DNA of 62,118 bases, filler included, from Choristocarpus tenellus KU-1152 (lineage: Eukaryota > Protista > Phaeophyceae): NCBI GenBank assembly GCA_964200185.2. It is 11 parts of 11 records of this genome, joined end to end, with 100 filler letters (N's around TTAATTAATTAA, not from the genome) between each part and the next. Parts side by side here need not be neighbours in the genome. Positions count along the whole stretch, not along the records: positions 1 to 5,858 come from CAXNAD020009576.1; positions 5,959 to 11,519 come from CAXNAD020010424.1; positions 11,620 to 15,975 come from CAXNAD020014946.1; 8 more parts are not named here. One strand, given 5' to 3'. Shown in pieces: positions 1-12,165 of the stretch (the first letter of the stretch is position 1; each line of letters begins with the position of its first letter). The notes beneath the pieces were generated by a model. That model was not told where the DNA came from, made no database searches, and saw only the letters and a program-made list of their open reading frames with translations. The translations under genes were made by a program, and so were the position numbers.

Positions 1-31
1 CCCCCCCCCCCCCCCCCAGATACTTTGGGTC
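1..31. mobile_element. MITE family A, terminal inverted repeat only (window edge)
   Basis: poly-C + CAGATACTTTGGGTC, the same as the ends of full copies. Confidence 0.8.
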
Positions 32-3000
32 AGTGAAGAGAAGACGATACAACTTTGGCTGAGATATACAGACGCTATATATTGTCGAGAAAATATGAAG
101 TATATACTTCGAAGTAGAGATTTCATTATATTGATGACAATTTTGAATCCGATGAGTATTCCCAGTTTACCATTCTGTGCCTTTATCATTTATGCACCAG
201 ATGCTATATTCTTCATCAAATGTCATGTATCTACTATGAGGACATCATGTTCACCTTATCATTGACCGTATAGGTTCGATCCGTTTTCGACCTCTTCTTT
301 CAAGGGCCTGGCGCAATAGATATGCCGTACCGCCCAGATTGGTTTGATTGTACCTTGCGCTACATTTTCAGTTGGTGATACGGGACTAGCATTACTAAAT
401 CAGATGTAAGAGCACCCGGTACTCCCTTGTTTCCTTTTATGATCCTGGTTGCTTACACACAGATAGATGCTCTTATCTGACGATGATGCTAGGGTAACTA
501 TATTTGGCATATTGAAATCTCGTGACATTTGTCCAGTACGTTTCTGTATGACATGTAATACATAGATACATATGTAATCAGAAGGTCATACATCACACAT
601 CAATTGAAAATAGGCAACAGCTATAATGTAGAAAAAAACAATTTCTAACGTCATGGCCTCGAGTTTTGGTCATCAGACCATATATATCATTGTAGCCAAG
701 GAGGCTCTTCAAGACATAACATAAACAACATTTTGTAATCAAAACGGTAGATACAGTAACAAATGAATTCGTCTCAAATTGTAAACACTCATCATGCATG
801 TTTGGAATAACAAATATCCTAAATGTAGTCGTATACAATATACCAGGCAAAATTTCTCTTCTCCTACGTGTGAACGTGTGAAAAAAGATCGCTAAAACGA
901 AGTTGAACTCATCCATATATACAAGTATTGGCGACACACAACATACAGAGCAGTGTATTGAATAGGTAGCAAAAGACGAAATTATGTTTCTCCAACGACA
1001 TGACATATCTATCCCAACAATCCCAATGAAGGGTCTCGAAAAAATAAAGATCTGTAAGAGAGCACTTAGCAGTACTTATGAAAACGAGTCCAAGCTGTTT
1101 GCACCCTTTAACTGATATCCGTGGGAAAATAGCTTCATCAATCATTCATGGTGCATTCACGGTAAACAAACTCTTCTATCTGCCTGTATGATGCTAGTTA
1201 AACGCCCGAATGTGCGTCATCCCTGCAAACTTGTCGGAAACACAAAGGCACATGGTCTCCGTCTTCGGCCCCAACATGATCGCCTTAAATAATCACTATC
1301 GATCCTGCAACACCAGCAGATACCTTAACCTGCAGGAGCCACTCGAGTGTCACTCCGTTCTGTTCCAGAGTAGTTTGGGTTAATCTGTGAGTATGAGTCC
1401 CTATATCACCTAGGAAATCCATTCGTAGATGCACTATTCCCTCCTGCCCTGTATCCCGTTATCTCCCTGGACAACCTTGTTCCCCTTTTTCTGAAATCTG
1501 CCGTATTCCAACGTCTGTCCCGGCTACCTTCTTCTCCTATCCTGACTAGTATTTCCCTTGATTTCACTGATGTCGTCCTATCCCCTCTGATCCCTTTATC
1601 CTGTTAGTCTGCCCCAACCAACCCCCGTTTCTGGTGTAATCCCAACGGGTACACAAGCCGCCAAAAAATAACGGCCCCTACTACACTCCTTGCCTATCTC
1701 AGCCTTGCGGCTACCGTATCTTCTTCGGTATCCACAGGGCGTATCACCTACACCATCTCCCACGTCCGTCTTAACCATGACACTTCCTGCAACACAAACT
1801 GCATTGTAGTCCAGATATGACCGAAGGTAGGGCCGTAGAAACTAACGCTTGGAAGGGGGGGGGTTCACTTGGCAGGCGGTTTCCGAATGATCTGCTTGGG
1901 ACCTCCCCACTACCTCTCTGGCATACAAGTTCGAAAAAATCTCTCATCTTGGAGGTTCTTGGATGCCACCTATGGGTCACCACCTCCATCCTAGTATCTT
2001 GCGTGTTGGGAGGTTGACCAATTTATTATCATTGAGAGATACCACTGTTCCACCGGGGCAGACTCAGTGGTCTCTCAAAGATTTAGCTGCCAATGCCATC
2101 CTAGTGATACGGCCTCTACTACATTCTCCATTTTACACCCCTTCCGAAAAGCACTTGCACTGCTGTGATTACCATACTCTCTTTCTTTAATTTCTTGTTC
2201 ATAAATAATTTTGTTATTATCTTCTTGTTCTTACTGTTTATACTTATTTCTCACCTCGAACTATCTACCTCTTGGTAATCTCCAAGCTCTATCCCACTCC
2301 GAATGGCTAGTTCTTAGATTTGTGCCCAAGCGCGCTCTCCCTCAACTATCATATCTTATTTTGTACCTCTTGCCAATCTTCAGACCCATCCTTTCCCGAA
2401 GTGAGGATGATCAGCATTATAGCTTGCTGTTTCGACCTTGGTACAATCTAATAAGTGGAGGCATTAAACGTGTTTGTTGGGGGGGGGCGATATCAAAAGT
2501 TGCATCTTCTGGGTAGATGTCCATTAGGTCAAATGTACTCGGGCATATAAATACGTCCTAAGCTCCACAGATCCCTGCAACTAGTCAGGTATCTATCATT
2601 TGCTCAAAAACAATTAGTAGTGGGTGGAGAACACGAGTACTCTGTATGAGTCGTTAGTTATAAGTCCCGAGGGGTACCCCAAACGTATGAACAGCTACTT
2701 ATGGGATCAATGTAATCTCTTACAAAAGGTGGCGGTGGACAGTGAGTTGGCCTGGGTATTGAACAAGTTCACAACGTGGTTCTCTGGTTGGAATCAGCAC
2801 GATACGCAAGACACCTGATAACTCTCTAGGCACTTTTGACTTTTGAGGAGTTGAACATTAAGACTGTGGCATACTGTGTATGTGTACCAACCGTTTTTGT
2901 TACTTTCACATCGCCATTGGCAACCCCTGATTCATCCCCAAAAAGTAAGACCTACTTGCCTGGCATCAGAGTAGTGCCTTCCTAACGTTTGGAGTAATTG

Positions 3001-4850
3001 GGTACCTACCCAGGTGGAACAATGTCCTCTTTTTCTTTATTCATATATTTTTGAAATTGTGCTGAAAGTGGCATTGATTACTATTGCTCACCCAGCGCGA
3101 CTAGGTACACCACCCTAGTATCCCACGGAGATCACCCCCCAGTGATTACTTTATCGGGTTATAAACAGTGATTTACTGCACTGCAATGTGCGCTTTGACT
3201 GTTACTGCTGACTTAGAGCAACCGTGTATGCACAACATTATCCCGCTGATTCCACCCCCACAACAGTGATGACCTGCACGAACTATTCACCTATCTAGCA
3301 CACTATGATGAGCCCAACACTGTCGGTTTCAGTACTATAGCCAATGGTTGACAATGCTCTTAGTCAGAACGACAAAACCTACTTCTGATCCCATCTACAT
3401 CACATCTCCAAGGGCAGTTGTCATACCACGGTGCCATCCTAAATCTGACTCAATCTGCCGATGTTCATCAATGACGCCGAGGAATTTCCCATCTCGTACA
3501 ACCAAAGCAGCACAACAGCTGCAACTGATTAGTTAGTCAGGACACTTGGTTCAGGGTTGTCTTTGCCTAGCTGCACATCCTCACATACTAAGTCCTTCAC
3601 TCCTGATGCTTTCACAAAGTACCACCCTGGTAGTCATCCCACGATTCGCCCTCACCCTCTAATTTCGTCACAAGTGTCCTCGGCAAAATATCAAAAGGCG
3701 TTTGTTTGGTGATATAAACCACACAATCTATGACTGGTCGATGTACACCCAGTACCCCCCTCCCTCGACGAAGACCTTCACATGAATTACGGCCTGCATT
3801 CACCCTACACTTGGTCTAGTGTGTCAATTTTTCTTCCCGTGTGCCACTAGGATGCAACATTTCACAGGTACGGACATAAGCTACTGCTCATCGCTTAATC
3901 AATACTGCATTCCAATCTGCCTGTCCCTAACCACCATCCTATTTTCGTCCCAAGTCCTCTCTAATTGTAGCCTCTATGGCGTATCACCCTATCTACTACC
4001 ATTATTTTCCGTAATATTAAATTTCACCACACTGATATCAAAGGCCAATAACAATATTGGTTTCAGGCACACCACATGATCTACCAGTTGGTCATGTATA
4101 CCCAATACACCCCCGTGGTTATGTCTTCCATGGCGTATCAAACCCTTTCGGTCCTTCTGTGCACAGTGGCCTGTCAGTTCTTTTGTGGTTATCCTGGATC
4201 ACTAGCCTTCATGGTCAGAGCTGCACGAGGTACTATTGTCGGATTAGGCCTGGTTTCAAATCGATGTATATCTATCCCTTTGTACCACCCAAGCATCCTG
4301 CTCAGTCTTCAACTATCAATTTTCATTCTGGATCGCCCAGGTACCATCCCACAGGATGTCCGAATCTATCTTTTTCATCCCACGTGTCCAGTTCCCTCAG
4401 TAAGCAGGCGGTTTTACCGCCCTCCACTATATATATATATATATATATATACCCCTCCACGCCGGTATCCCCCAATACATAGGACGTTTCTCATCATATC
4501 GATTTTGGCTGCTTAGCATGCATCTCCCCCTTTACTGCCAGACACTTCCCTTCAACCCGTGAGAATGATTGCTCAGAAGTTGCCTTGATCCTGGTCTCCC
4601 TTGTCTTTCTACCCCTACTTTCCACTTTGATAATATCTTCTGTACCATTGCTCCCAGTCGTATTCCCTCCATCCCCACATTCCCTATGAACTCCTCGGAT
4701 ACCCAGTCTGGCTTGAGGTCATTCACTGATGAACCCTTTCGTGTACATCCCCTACCTTTTCGTTTTCCCTTGCCACTGTGCCATCCGGTTTACCCCACTA
4801 CCCCTGAGATCTCTCACCCATACAAAACTCAGATTACTTCATAAATGATC
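32..4850 (-). mobile_element. Highly degenerate Ty1/copia LTR retrotransposon (gag-PR-INT-RT-RH relics)
   Basis: Minus-strand remnants in copia order: zinc-knuckle relic ~3950, protease-like ~3700, integrase ~2900-3000, SH3-like FIRLGY ~2680, FKAIML (FKARLV) ~1280, KCSLTDL..CW..LEKHNF (KSLYGLKQ..W) ~1000-1070, ILVYMDE (YVDD) ~910. Many stops and frameshifts. Confidence 0.65.
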
Positions 4851-4989
4851 CTTTCTGTAATATATTTACAATATATATATAAGTTGTAGTAGTGGTGTGA
4901 CTCTACTACTAGTGTTGACTACTGACTGGTTGTGCGAACACGTCGACATACGTGGTCTGTACTGTTATTGTATTGATCACTTGTTGACT

Positions 4990-5600
4990 GATGATGGAGA
5001 AATCTTGATTAGAGTATCAACGAAGATTCTTCCGGTTGATATCGGATAGGCGATATCTCATACAGATGTCTTCCTTCCATGCGCTATCATCGGCGAGTTG
5101 CCTTCGCCTTATGTGCACCAAATTACGATATGAATATTTCCGTACAATATGTGTCATCTCCTCGGGTATAGCGCATATGGTGCACACACCAGAAGGCGAG
5201 ACAGTACTAATATAGTTACAACGCAAGGAAAAAGGAGAAGTGTTTTGCTTGCTGCCTTCTGTTCAAAGTCAGGAGGGAAAGGAAGACAAGGTCTGGTATC
5301 GGGTAGTGAACAAATATCCATGTTGCAATTCTACGATAGTGATATCGCACCAGACGATCCGATGGGCGGGACATTTGGAGGTTGTCAAATCATATGTGGA
5401 GATAGATGAAAATGAATATATCATGGTACCCAAACCATTGTAATTCTTGTCCTTGTACATTGCAGGTTTTGTAGTGTTTTGGTTTGCTAAACCAAATGCA
5501 AATTGGTCGCTTCGATTGGATAGTTCCTCTAAGAGATCATCAAACTTTGAGTGTTGCTCCGACGGTCTTACCGAGGCGATAATGATTTTCATTCTTGTTT
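4990..5600 (-). mobile_element. Copia RT C-terminus / RNase H relic
   Basis: NRSDQFAFG..KP (TRPDIAFA..P), MTHIVRKYSYRNLV (TKHIDIRYHFIRELV), FVDTLIK (ADILTK). Confidence 0.5.
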
Positions 5601-5858
5601 TTCACTAGAAATGGGAAAATTGATCAAATTTGAAATTGAAAAACACTACCACCAGAGATCTGAGGATACATAAAACATTCCCATAGTGAATTTCATACTA
5701 AAAATGATTCCTGTCTGTTCCCCTTACCCAAATCACTCATCCATAAAAGTCCAAAAATAATATTGAAACTCTTTCCCATCTGTACTAAATGTAGGTGTTT
5801 AGTGTTTGAGTAGAGAGAGGTTTTCTTTTCGACACCACACCAAAGACAATGCAGAACA

Positions 5859-5958
5859 NNNNNNNNNNNNNNNNNNNNNNNNNNNNNNNNNNNNNNNNNN
5901 NNTTAATTAATTAANNNNNNNNNNNNNNNNNNNNNNNNNNNNNNNNNNNNNNNNNNNN
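5859..5958. other. Artificial contig-joining linker (44 N + TTAATTAATTAA + 44 N)
   Basis: Identical 100-bp spacer with stops in all six frames also at 11520-11619, 15976-16075, 26571-26670, 33493-33592, 40147-40246, 46008-46107, 51259-51358, 54273-54372 and 59316-59415. Separate 10-N scaffold gaps at 17884, 38478 and 49145. Confidence 0.98.
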
Positions 5959-6116
5959 GGGGGGGTCTACACCAGGGTGTCCATTTGGGTCATAACCAGG
6001 AAAAGTACACTTACATTATCCATTTGACGTATGCAACCAAATCACCCCAAAATCGCGATATGGAAAAATTGGCCCCAAATGGACAGCCGCCACTCCCCCC
6101 CCCAGATACTTTACTC
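5959..6116 (+). mobile_element. MITE family A, left end cut by contig edge
   Basis: Shared core TCTACACCAGGGTGTCCATTTGGG...CCCAAATGGACAGCCGCC-polyC-AGATACTTT. Confidence 0.85.
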
Positions 6117-6399
6117 TGATCTTCGGACTACTTGGTTGCAAACTGTAGAGCACTCATATCAAGGTCAGCCTTCGTGCAGCATAGTCATCCTTGAATGATA
6201 TCCCGATGATAGGGAGTTTTTCAATCCCCCTGTTGACTTGACAAGTCACTTCAGAGTGAAGGCTAAGCCACAGTTGTGCGAAATTGCTGGAGTAGAACTT
6301 GTGTTGTACGAGGAGACAGAAGGTCTGTTGAATATTAATATTTTTTTCCTGACTGACTTGAACATAACACTCCTGGGTTTGGAGTACCAGTCATCCGCC

Positions 6400-7440
6400 T
6401 CTGTGTCAGTGTGCTGGACCACACTTCGGAAAATATTAATGACTGATCTCATCCCCTATCTCCAAACATGACGTTTCCCAAAGTGATCAATGTAAAAACG
6501 ACCCAAAGTATCTGGGGGGGGGGGGAAGATCTACACCAGGGTATCCCTTTTGGGTCAAAATCAGGAAAAGTACTTTTACATTATCCATCCGACGTATGCA
6601 ACCAAATCACGCAACCAAATCACGCAAAATCGCGACATGAAAAAATTAACCCCAAATGGACAGCCGCCACCCCCCCCCCCACATACTTTGAGCCAACCAA
6701 AAGTACCATCTGGTCAGTTCACCCCCTCCACCCCCCCAGAAGCATTGCAATGGCGACCAAACTGTAGCTCTTCCGGACCTGTTGGCCACACAAGTCCATC
6801 AACCCCCTGCCCAAAGAAGTTCCCCAAACTTGGTTGCTAAAGCCTGGCTGGCCAATCTCCTTCTTTCAACAGACAATTTAAACATGGTTCAAACCTGAGA
6901 ACTTTCAGTCCAACTGGTCACATTACTCTACTCACAGACCGATTATAATAGTATCCATGCAATGTACAATTACATACGCCCTCTGGTCATACCACCCATT
7001 CAAGGGATTGGTTAAGCCCTTGCCCAAAACTCACTGTTGTTGGTGTTAGTTTTGAAGATCACAGTACTATGTCTAGTGGCTAGTTGAATGGACACACGGG
7101 AGAAAAAACACATGCCCAAGCCCCCTTGGCCCCTCCTCCCCCATAAGATCTTGATCAAAGCATCTAATGAATCCGACCTGGTTATGGTTTGGTGACCTGT
7201 GAGTGCAGATACCCCTCGATGCTTACCTCACTTATTGTTATTAGACACATTACCTCATCCATCATGCTACAGAAGAGTCCATCTATGGACAGCTTCTCTA
7301 GGTCCTCTGGCCATGTCACCTTGATAACGCCTTCTCTGAATAGGTGTTCAAGGTGCAAGAAGTCAGTAAGGTCCAACACGTTAAAGCTGCTACTTCCACT
7401 TTTTGTACGTCCTGTAATATGGCATTTTGAAGCTGCCTGA
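6400..7440 (-). pseudogene. FNIP-like repeat gene remnant, interrupted by a MITE
   Basis: Minus-strand translations DWPARL*QPSLGNFFGQGVDGLVWPTGPEELQFGRHCN (~6750-6870), VTWPEDLEKLSIDGLF (exon-like ~7255-7437 with AG/GT ends) and FGDRG*DQSLIFSEVWSSTL (~6400-6467) resemble the FNIP pattern WPxxLxxLxFGxxFNQ. In-frame stops present. Confidence 0.45.
6500..6694 (+). mobile_element. MITE family A, full length
   Basis: TIRs GACCCAAAGTATCTGGGG / CCCCACATACTTTGAGCC; flanks AAAC/AACC (3 of 4 match); internal 13-bp duplication GCAACCAAATCAC. Confidence 0.9.
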
Positions 7441-8374
7441 GGTCCATCTACCGGAGCCATCCATCAGTCACAACCTTACATAGAGCTGTACTGTTGAGTG
7501 CAACAATGGGTTGAAGACATTCTCTACTCTTTCTGTTGCATGGTAGTAACGCATGTGTGAGTCTGGTGTGCATGGAACTAAACATGACAACCAATATTGT
7601 CAGGCTGAGGGAAGCTGTTGATACCAGTTTATAGATGTACCTGGAAGGGTATTGCTAATAAATCGGAGTCTCTAGCATGTCCATGCACAACTTAAACGCT
7701 CGCCACAAGGTTTGAGACACAAGGTTAACCTGAATCCTTTAAGTTGGTCTCTATAATTCTATGAGATAAAGTGTGCCATTATTAGTAGTATCTTCTAATC
7801 TTTGATATAATGGAGGTTAGGGTTAGGGTGTGCACAGTAAGGTTCTGTACCACAACCTTTCATGGTTGCCTTCATTACGACCTTGCTTCGACGCTGCGCA
7901 CCCGCTGCAAGAGAGGCTCGGGTTCATATTCTGACAAGTATCGTTATCGTTTCGTTGCTTTGAAGACCGTAGGGAAAGTACTCTTGCTACCGTGAAGAGA
8001 CCAGTTGGTAAGTGGGTCACAAGGTGGAAAACCTACCTCAACTTCTCATTGCATCCTTTGCAGATGAGTGTAGGTAGGTAGACGGGTTTCGTATGACGAT
8101 GTGGAGTGACGGTAATGAAAGTAGAAGCAAATACTCTTTGGAGAAATTTCAGTTGTTGGTAGTTGTCTCGATCGCCCAGGCACATGACAATCGCCTCTCT
8201 CTCTGGTTGCTCTCAGCTTGGTGTGATCTGTTGTTGTCGCTTTCAGGCTTGTCATAGGGCGTGTGGTTTGCAGGAAGAACTCTCAGCTTAGTATGTCCTA
8301 TCTTTACTCCTCGAAAGGTTGAATATGTGTTTTTATGCTCACATTTCAACATCTACAGCTACTGGAGGGCAACC

Positions 8375-10467
8375 ATGCCGACTCTTGGCGTCAACCGTGA
8401 CGACCTTTTCGAAGCCCTTGGTCAGCAGTACACTCAGGATGAGTTCGATGAGCTCTGTTTCGAGTTCGGTATAGAGTTGGATGATGTCACTTCCGAGGCG
8501 GAGGAGATCGAGAAGGCAAGAGTAACTCTGCAGCATATTTTCAACACCACACACCAGTTGTCCACGCAACAGTCGTCCAACAGCATTCATGAGGGTCCAA
8601 CCTACCTGTGCGCACATTCCTTCGATTCAAAGTGCTGCTCATGCGAATGAACTGACTCATCTATTTGCGCCGCAAGAAAGCACGGTCTCCTAATCCATAG
8701 TCGAGTCGAAACGGCATCATGTCCCCTGTTCAATCGATGATGATTTCTTTGGGAAGAAGTGCAATTGTTGACGTAAGAACATGCAAAGTACAAGCTTGTC
8801 TTCTTGATCCACCGAATAAAATTGAATATGCTCACCTGCTCTATTCACTGTGTTTCACGTAATCACCCATCCTCTCCCCACTGTTCGCTACAATCGTTAT
8901 ACAGGGTGATTTTCCTCATATGACTCTGCCACACTCGCGACATCCATAAGTACCACATCCCGCACATAGACAACCAAGCACAGTGTGACTTGAAAAGTAT
9001 TTTGACTGACTTACAACTAGCTGATGCAAATCTTCTTCTAACTCTTAAAGTTTCACCAAATGCCTCTCTCAGGGAGGCGGAGCTGCAGGGGATGCATCAA
9101 CCGATATAGTGTACAAGATAGATATCCCTGCCAACCGGTATGACCTCCTCTGTATTGAAGGCCTCTCACGCGCCCTTCGTGTCTTTCTGGGTGAGATATG
9201 CAGATCTTTGTCTGCCTTTACGGTTGACTGGGGTCGGGGGATGACCTGTAGTGTGGAGACAAGGATATGAACCTATCGAGTTAGAACAAACGTAGTTCAA
9301 GTTTGGCTTGTCTGGAGTCACAACAGGAATCTATGGCTTGTTTCTGGTGAAATACTGCAGCAAATAACATGTTGTAGGATTTATTAACTCTTGCAGGGGG
9401 CTACGGAGTGATGTGATGCAGGAGCATCCTGCCACGTGGTGTCATCAAGCAGTTTGAATACTGGCTCCAAGGGAGGGATAGGTCTATCTTTGCGGGAAGT
9501 CAACCTGTCCAGGCACAGTGCCGAGATGGAAAAACCTCAATTTTTGCAATCTGAACTGCTCATGTCCATCTCTTGTCTGACTGGCAATGTTTCTATATAC
9601 TTGATTTTAGGACGTTCTTTTCTGTTGCAATCTAATACCGATGTTAACATGTTGGGTAGTCGTCAACCCCAGCCTCTCTAGAGTTTGACATGTACATTGT
9701 ATTGTGTCTTGGTTCTAGAACCCCCCTAGCCTATCCCCTTAGGCATCGGTGAGATGAGATGAGGCTTACAGGGAAAGTTGGTTTCAACTGTGTGGTTCTT
9801 CCTGAGGCTATGTATGATGCACTGTCCTGTTTTGTGAGAGGTTCAGATTGCCTCTCAGACATTGCAATGTATGCTGTAGCAAGGAAATACAGCAGTGTAG
9901 CCCAAACAACTCATGAAGCAGGTGTACATTTCACTTCCGACTTCTCGTGTACCCATTGTTTCACCTTTCACACTCTTGGTAGCAGCAGTGTGTTGTTCAC
10001 CTGTGGTGACCTCTGGCTCGGGGCCTAACCTTATACCCAGCGACACACATGTATTCAACCCACTCCCTCCTATCAGAGATCTCATTTTGTCAGCCTGTAA
10101 ATGGGGTCGCAGTAGGTGCCTGCATCTGAACCATACTCTCTCTCGCCTACCCTCCCTCCCACAAACATGCGCACATCGCAGACCTAGCAAAAACGCCAAC
10201 CATATTTCCTGTTGATTATCACGATTCAACTCTCGCTCTTTGGCACGAAATTGTTTAATAGTAGTAATGCGTATCCTTGCCTCCCACCTGCCAGGCAAGG
10301 AGGACGCCCCATTGTTCCGCCGGGTGGAGCCGGAGGGGGGTGAGGGAGCAAGGCAAAGCATAACTGTGAAGGCGGACACGGCAAAGATTCGGCCGTATGT
10401 AGTTTGCGCAGTCTTGCGAGGCGTTTCATTCACGGTGAAGAGCTACGCAAGCTTTATGGACCTCCAG
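8375..10467 (+). CDS. FARSB: Cytosolic phenylalanine-tRNA ligase beta subunit, 5' part (exons 8375-8521, 9073-9190, 10295-10467; rest lost at contig end)
   Basis: [56 protein letters not shown] and [20 protein letters not shown] are hallmark eukaryotic PheRS-beta motifs. GT-AG introns with matching phases. Confidence 0.95.
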
Positions 10468-12165
10468 GTGAAACGGTTTTGATACCCTCCAGGTGAAACG
10501 GTTTTGATACAGGGCGGCGTGTTGAGATGTTGTGCTTTGATGTTTGTTTGCAGGGTTGCTGCTGTTATGTAGACCTTTTGTGTGTTCTTACTTTGAAGTA
10601 TGTATGCGTGGTAAATGTGTTGATGGGCCCGGTGCCATCCCTACTTGGGTTGTGAAAAAACAGATGGGGGGGATGGGTAATCTCTGGAGGGTGCTTGGGT
10701 AGCAGGGAAGGTGTTATCTCAGGTACTGTTTGTGTGTACAGAAGTGAGTCAGGCAGTCTGATACAGCGCGAATGTGTTTGCTAGGTGGGGTATGCTAGCC
10801 TGGACACAGGGAGGGGTGTTGCCACTACCACACTCTAGCAGGGGTCATTCCATGGGTAGCCATTAGTTGGGAATGATTGAAGTACCGTGGATGTTGTAAT
10901 ACCTTGCTGATTGGTAACAGTCCGGCAAGGGGGAATCAAAGCCTTTTGACAATATTCTGTTGCCAATACTACATGCACTTCCGCTTAGGGTTAGGGTTAG
11001 AGCTCCAGTCTATTTTACTATTATTGTATTATTTTCAAAAGATGATGTAAGCTTCAGTCTGTGCACAATAGTGCTACCGGTGGTGGCGCTCTCTGCCGAG
11101 AGGAGGGCAAGGGGGGCAGAACATGTGATGGAAGAGCTCACGAAAAAGAGAACCGTGCGCTGGGAGTGATCAATGGACGCATGTGTGTTGGTTGTTATTT
11201 GCTCTGTTTCTTGCTTGTCTTTTATGTGTATATATGTATGCGTTGAGGTTACTGCCCATTAAAGGATCAGGGAGTCATGCAGTGGGGAGTTAGACAACAC
11301 GAGGGGTGGACAGGGGTGGAGAGGGAGATCGCTTGTCCATCGTTCTCTTTTTTTTCTTTACTCTTTTTTTCTCCTCGCGTTGTTTAAGGGTTAGTGCTAC
11401 ACCCCTTTTGTGCTGCTGGTACTTCTCCACAAACGTGAGGGGCGTTCTATAGTGCAAAGGGCGTCTGCCTGCTGCCATATGCCATATCAATGTCGTTTCT
11501 GTCCCTTTTTGGGGGGGTGNNNNNNNNNNNNNNNNNNNNNNNNNNNNNNNNNNNNNNNNNNNNTTAATTAATTAANNNNNNNNNNNNNNNNNNNNNNNNN
11601 NNNNNNNNNNNNNNNNNNNCTATGTATTGGACCAACTGTGCTGGCTGGCATCCGCGCCCCCTCCTCCCCCCTCCACCCTCTCCCCTCCCTCTTTCCCCCT
11701 TTGGTCTTTACCTCACAAATTGTTATACCAATGAGAAGAGAGGATTAAGACAGTGTTGTGTGTTTGTTTTTGTGTCTCTATAGTTGTGTGCGACAAAGTG
11801 TGATTCAAAACTGTATCAACATGTTTGTCTTTGCTGTTTATGATTGCTCTCTGCATAGAAAAATGCTGATAGAAATACAACACAGAGAGACCTTGTGTTT
11901 TATCCATATGTAACTTTCCTCCCCCCCCCCCTTTCCTTCCCACCTGATACCACATCTGATGTGCCTGTAGTCCTTGTCCTCTCCTCTCCTTCTGCTGGTG
12001 TACTTGTTACCTTACAAATACATTGTATCTGATTTGTCCAGAGTAACATACGAGAGTGTTTATTGGTTTAGATTGTGGAGGTCCGATACGTGTCCCCTAG
12101 CCACCCCTCACCTCAGCTATAAGAGACCCTCGCACTCCATGTGAAATGAAAAACAACACTTGCAG

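Noticed and set aside
5859-5958. Recurrent TTAATTAATTAA motif between N runs as a biological repeat
   Set aside because: Fixed 44+12+44 format with stops in all frames marks an assembly linker. ORFs ending in XXX or LIN are artefacts.
8513-8523. GC-AG intron at FARSB exon 1 (AAG|GCAAGA)
   Set aside because: A canonical GT donor 6 nt downstream is in the same phase and gives a length that fits homologues better.
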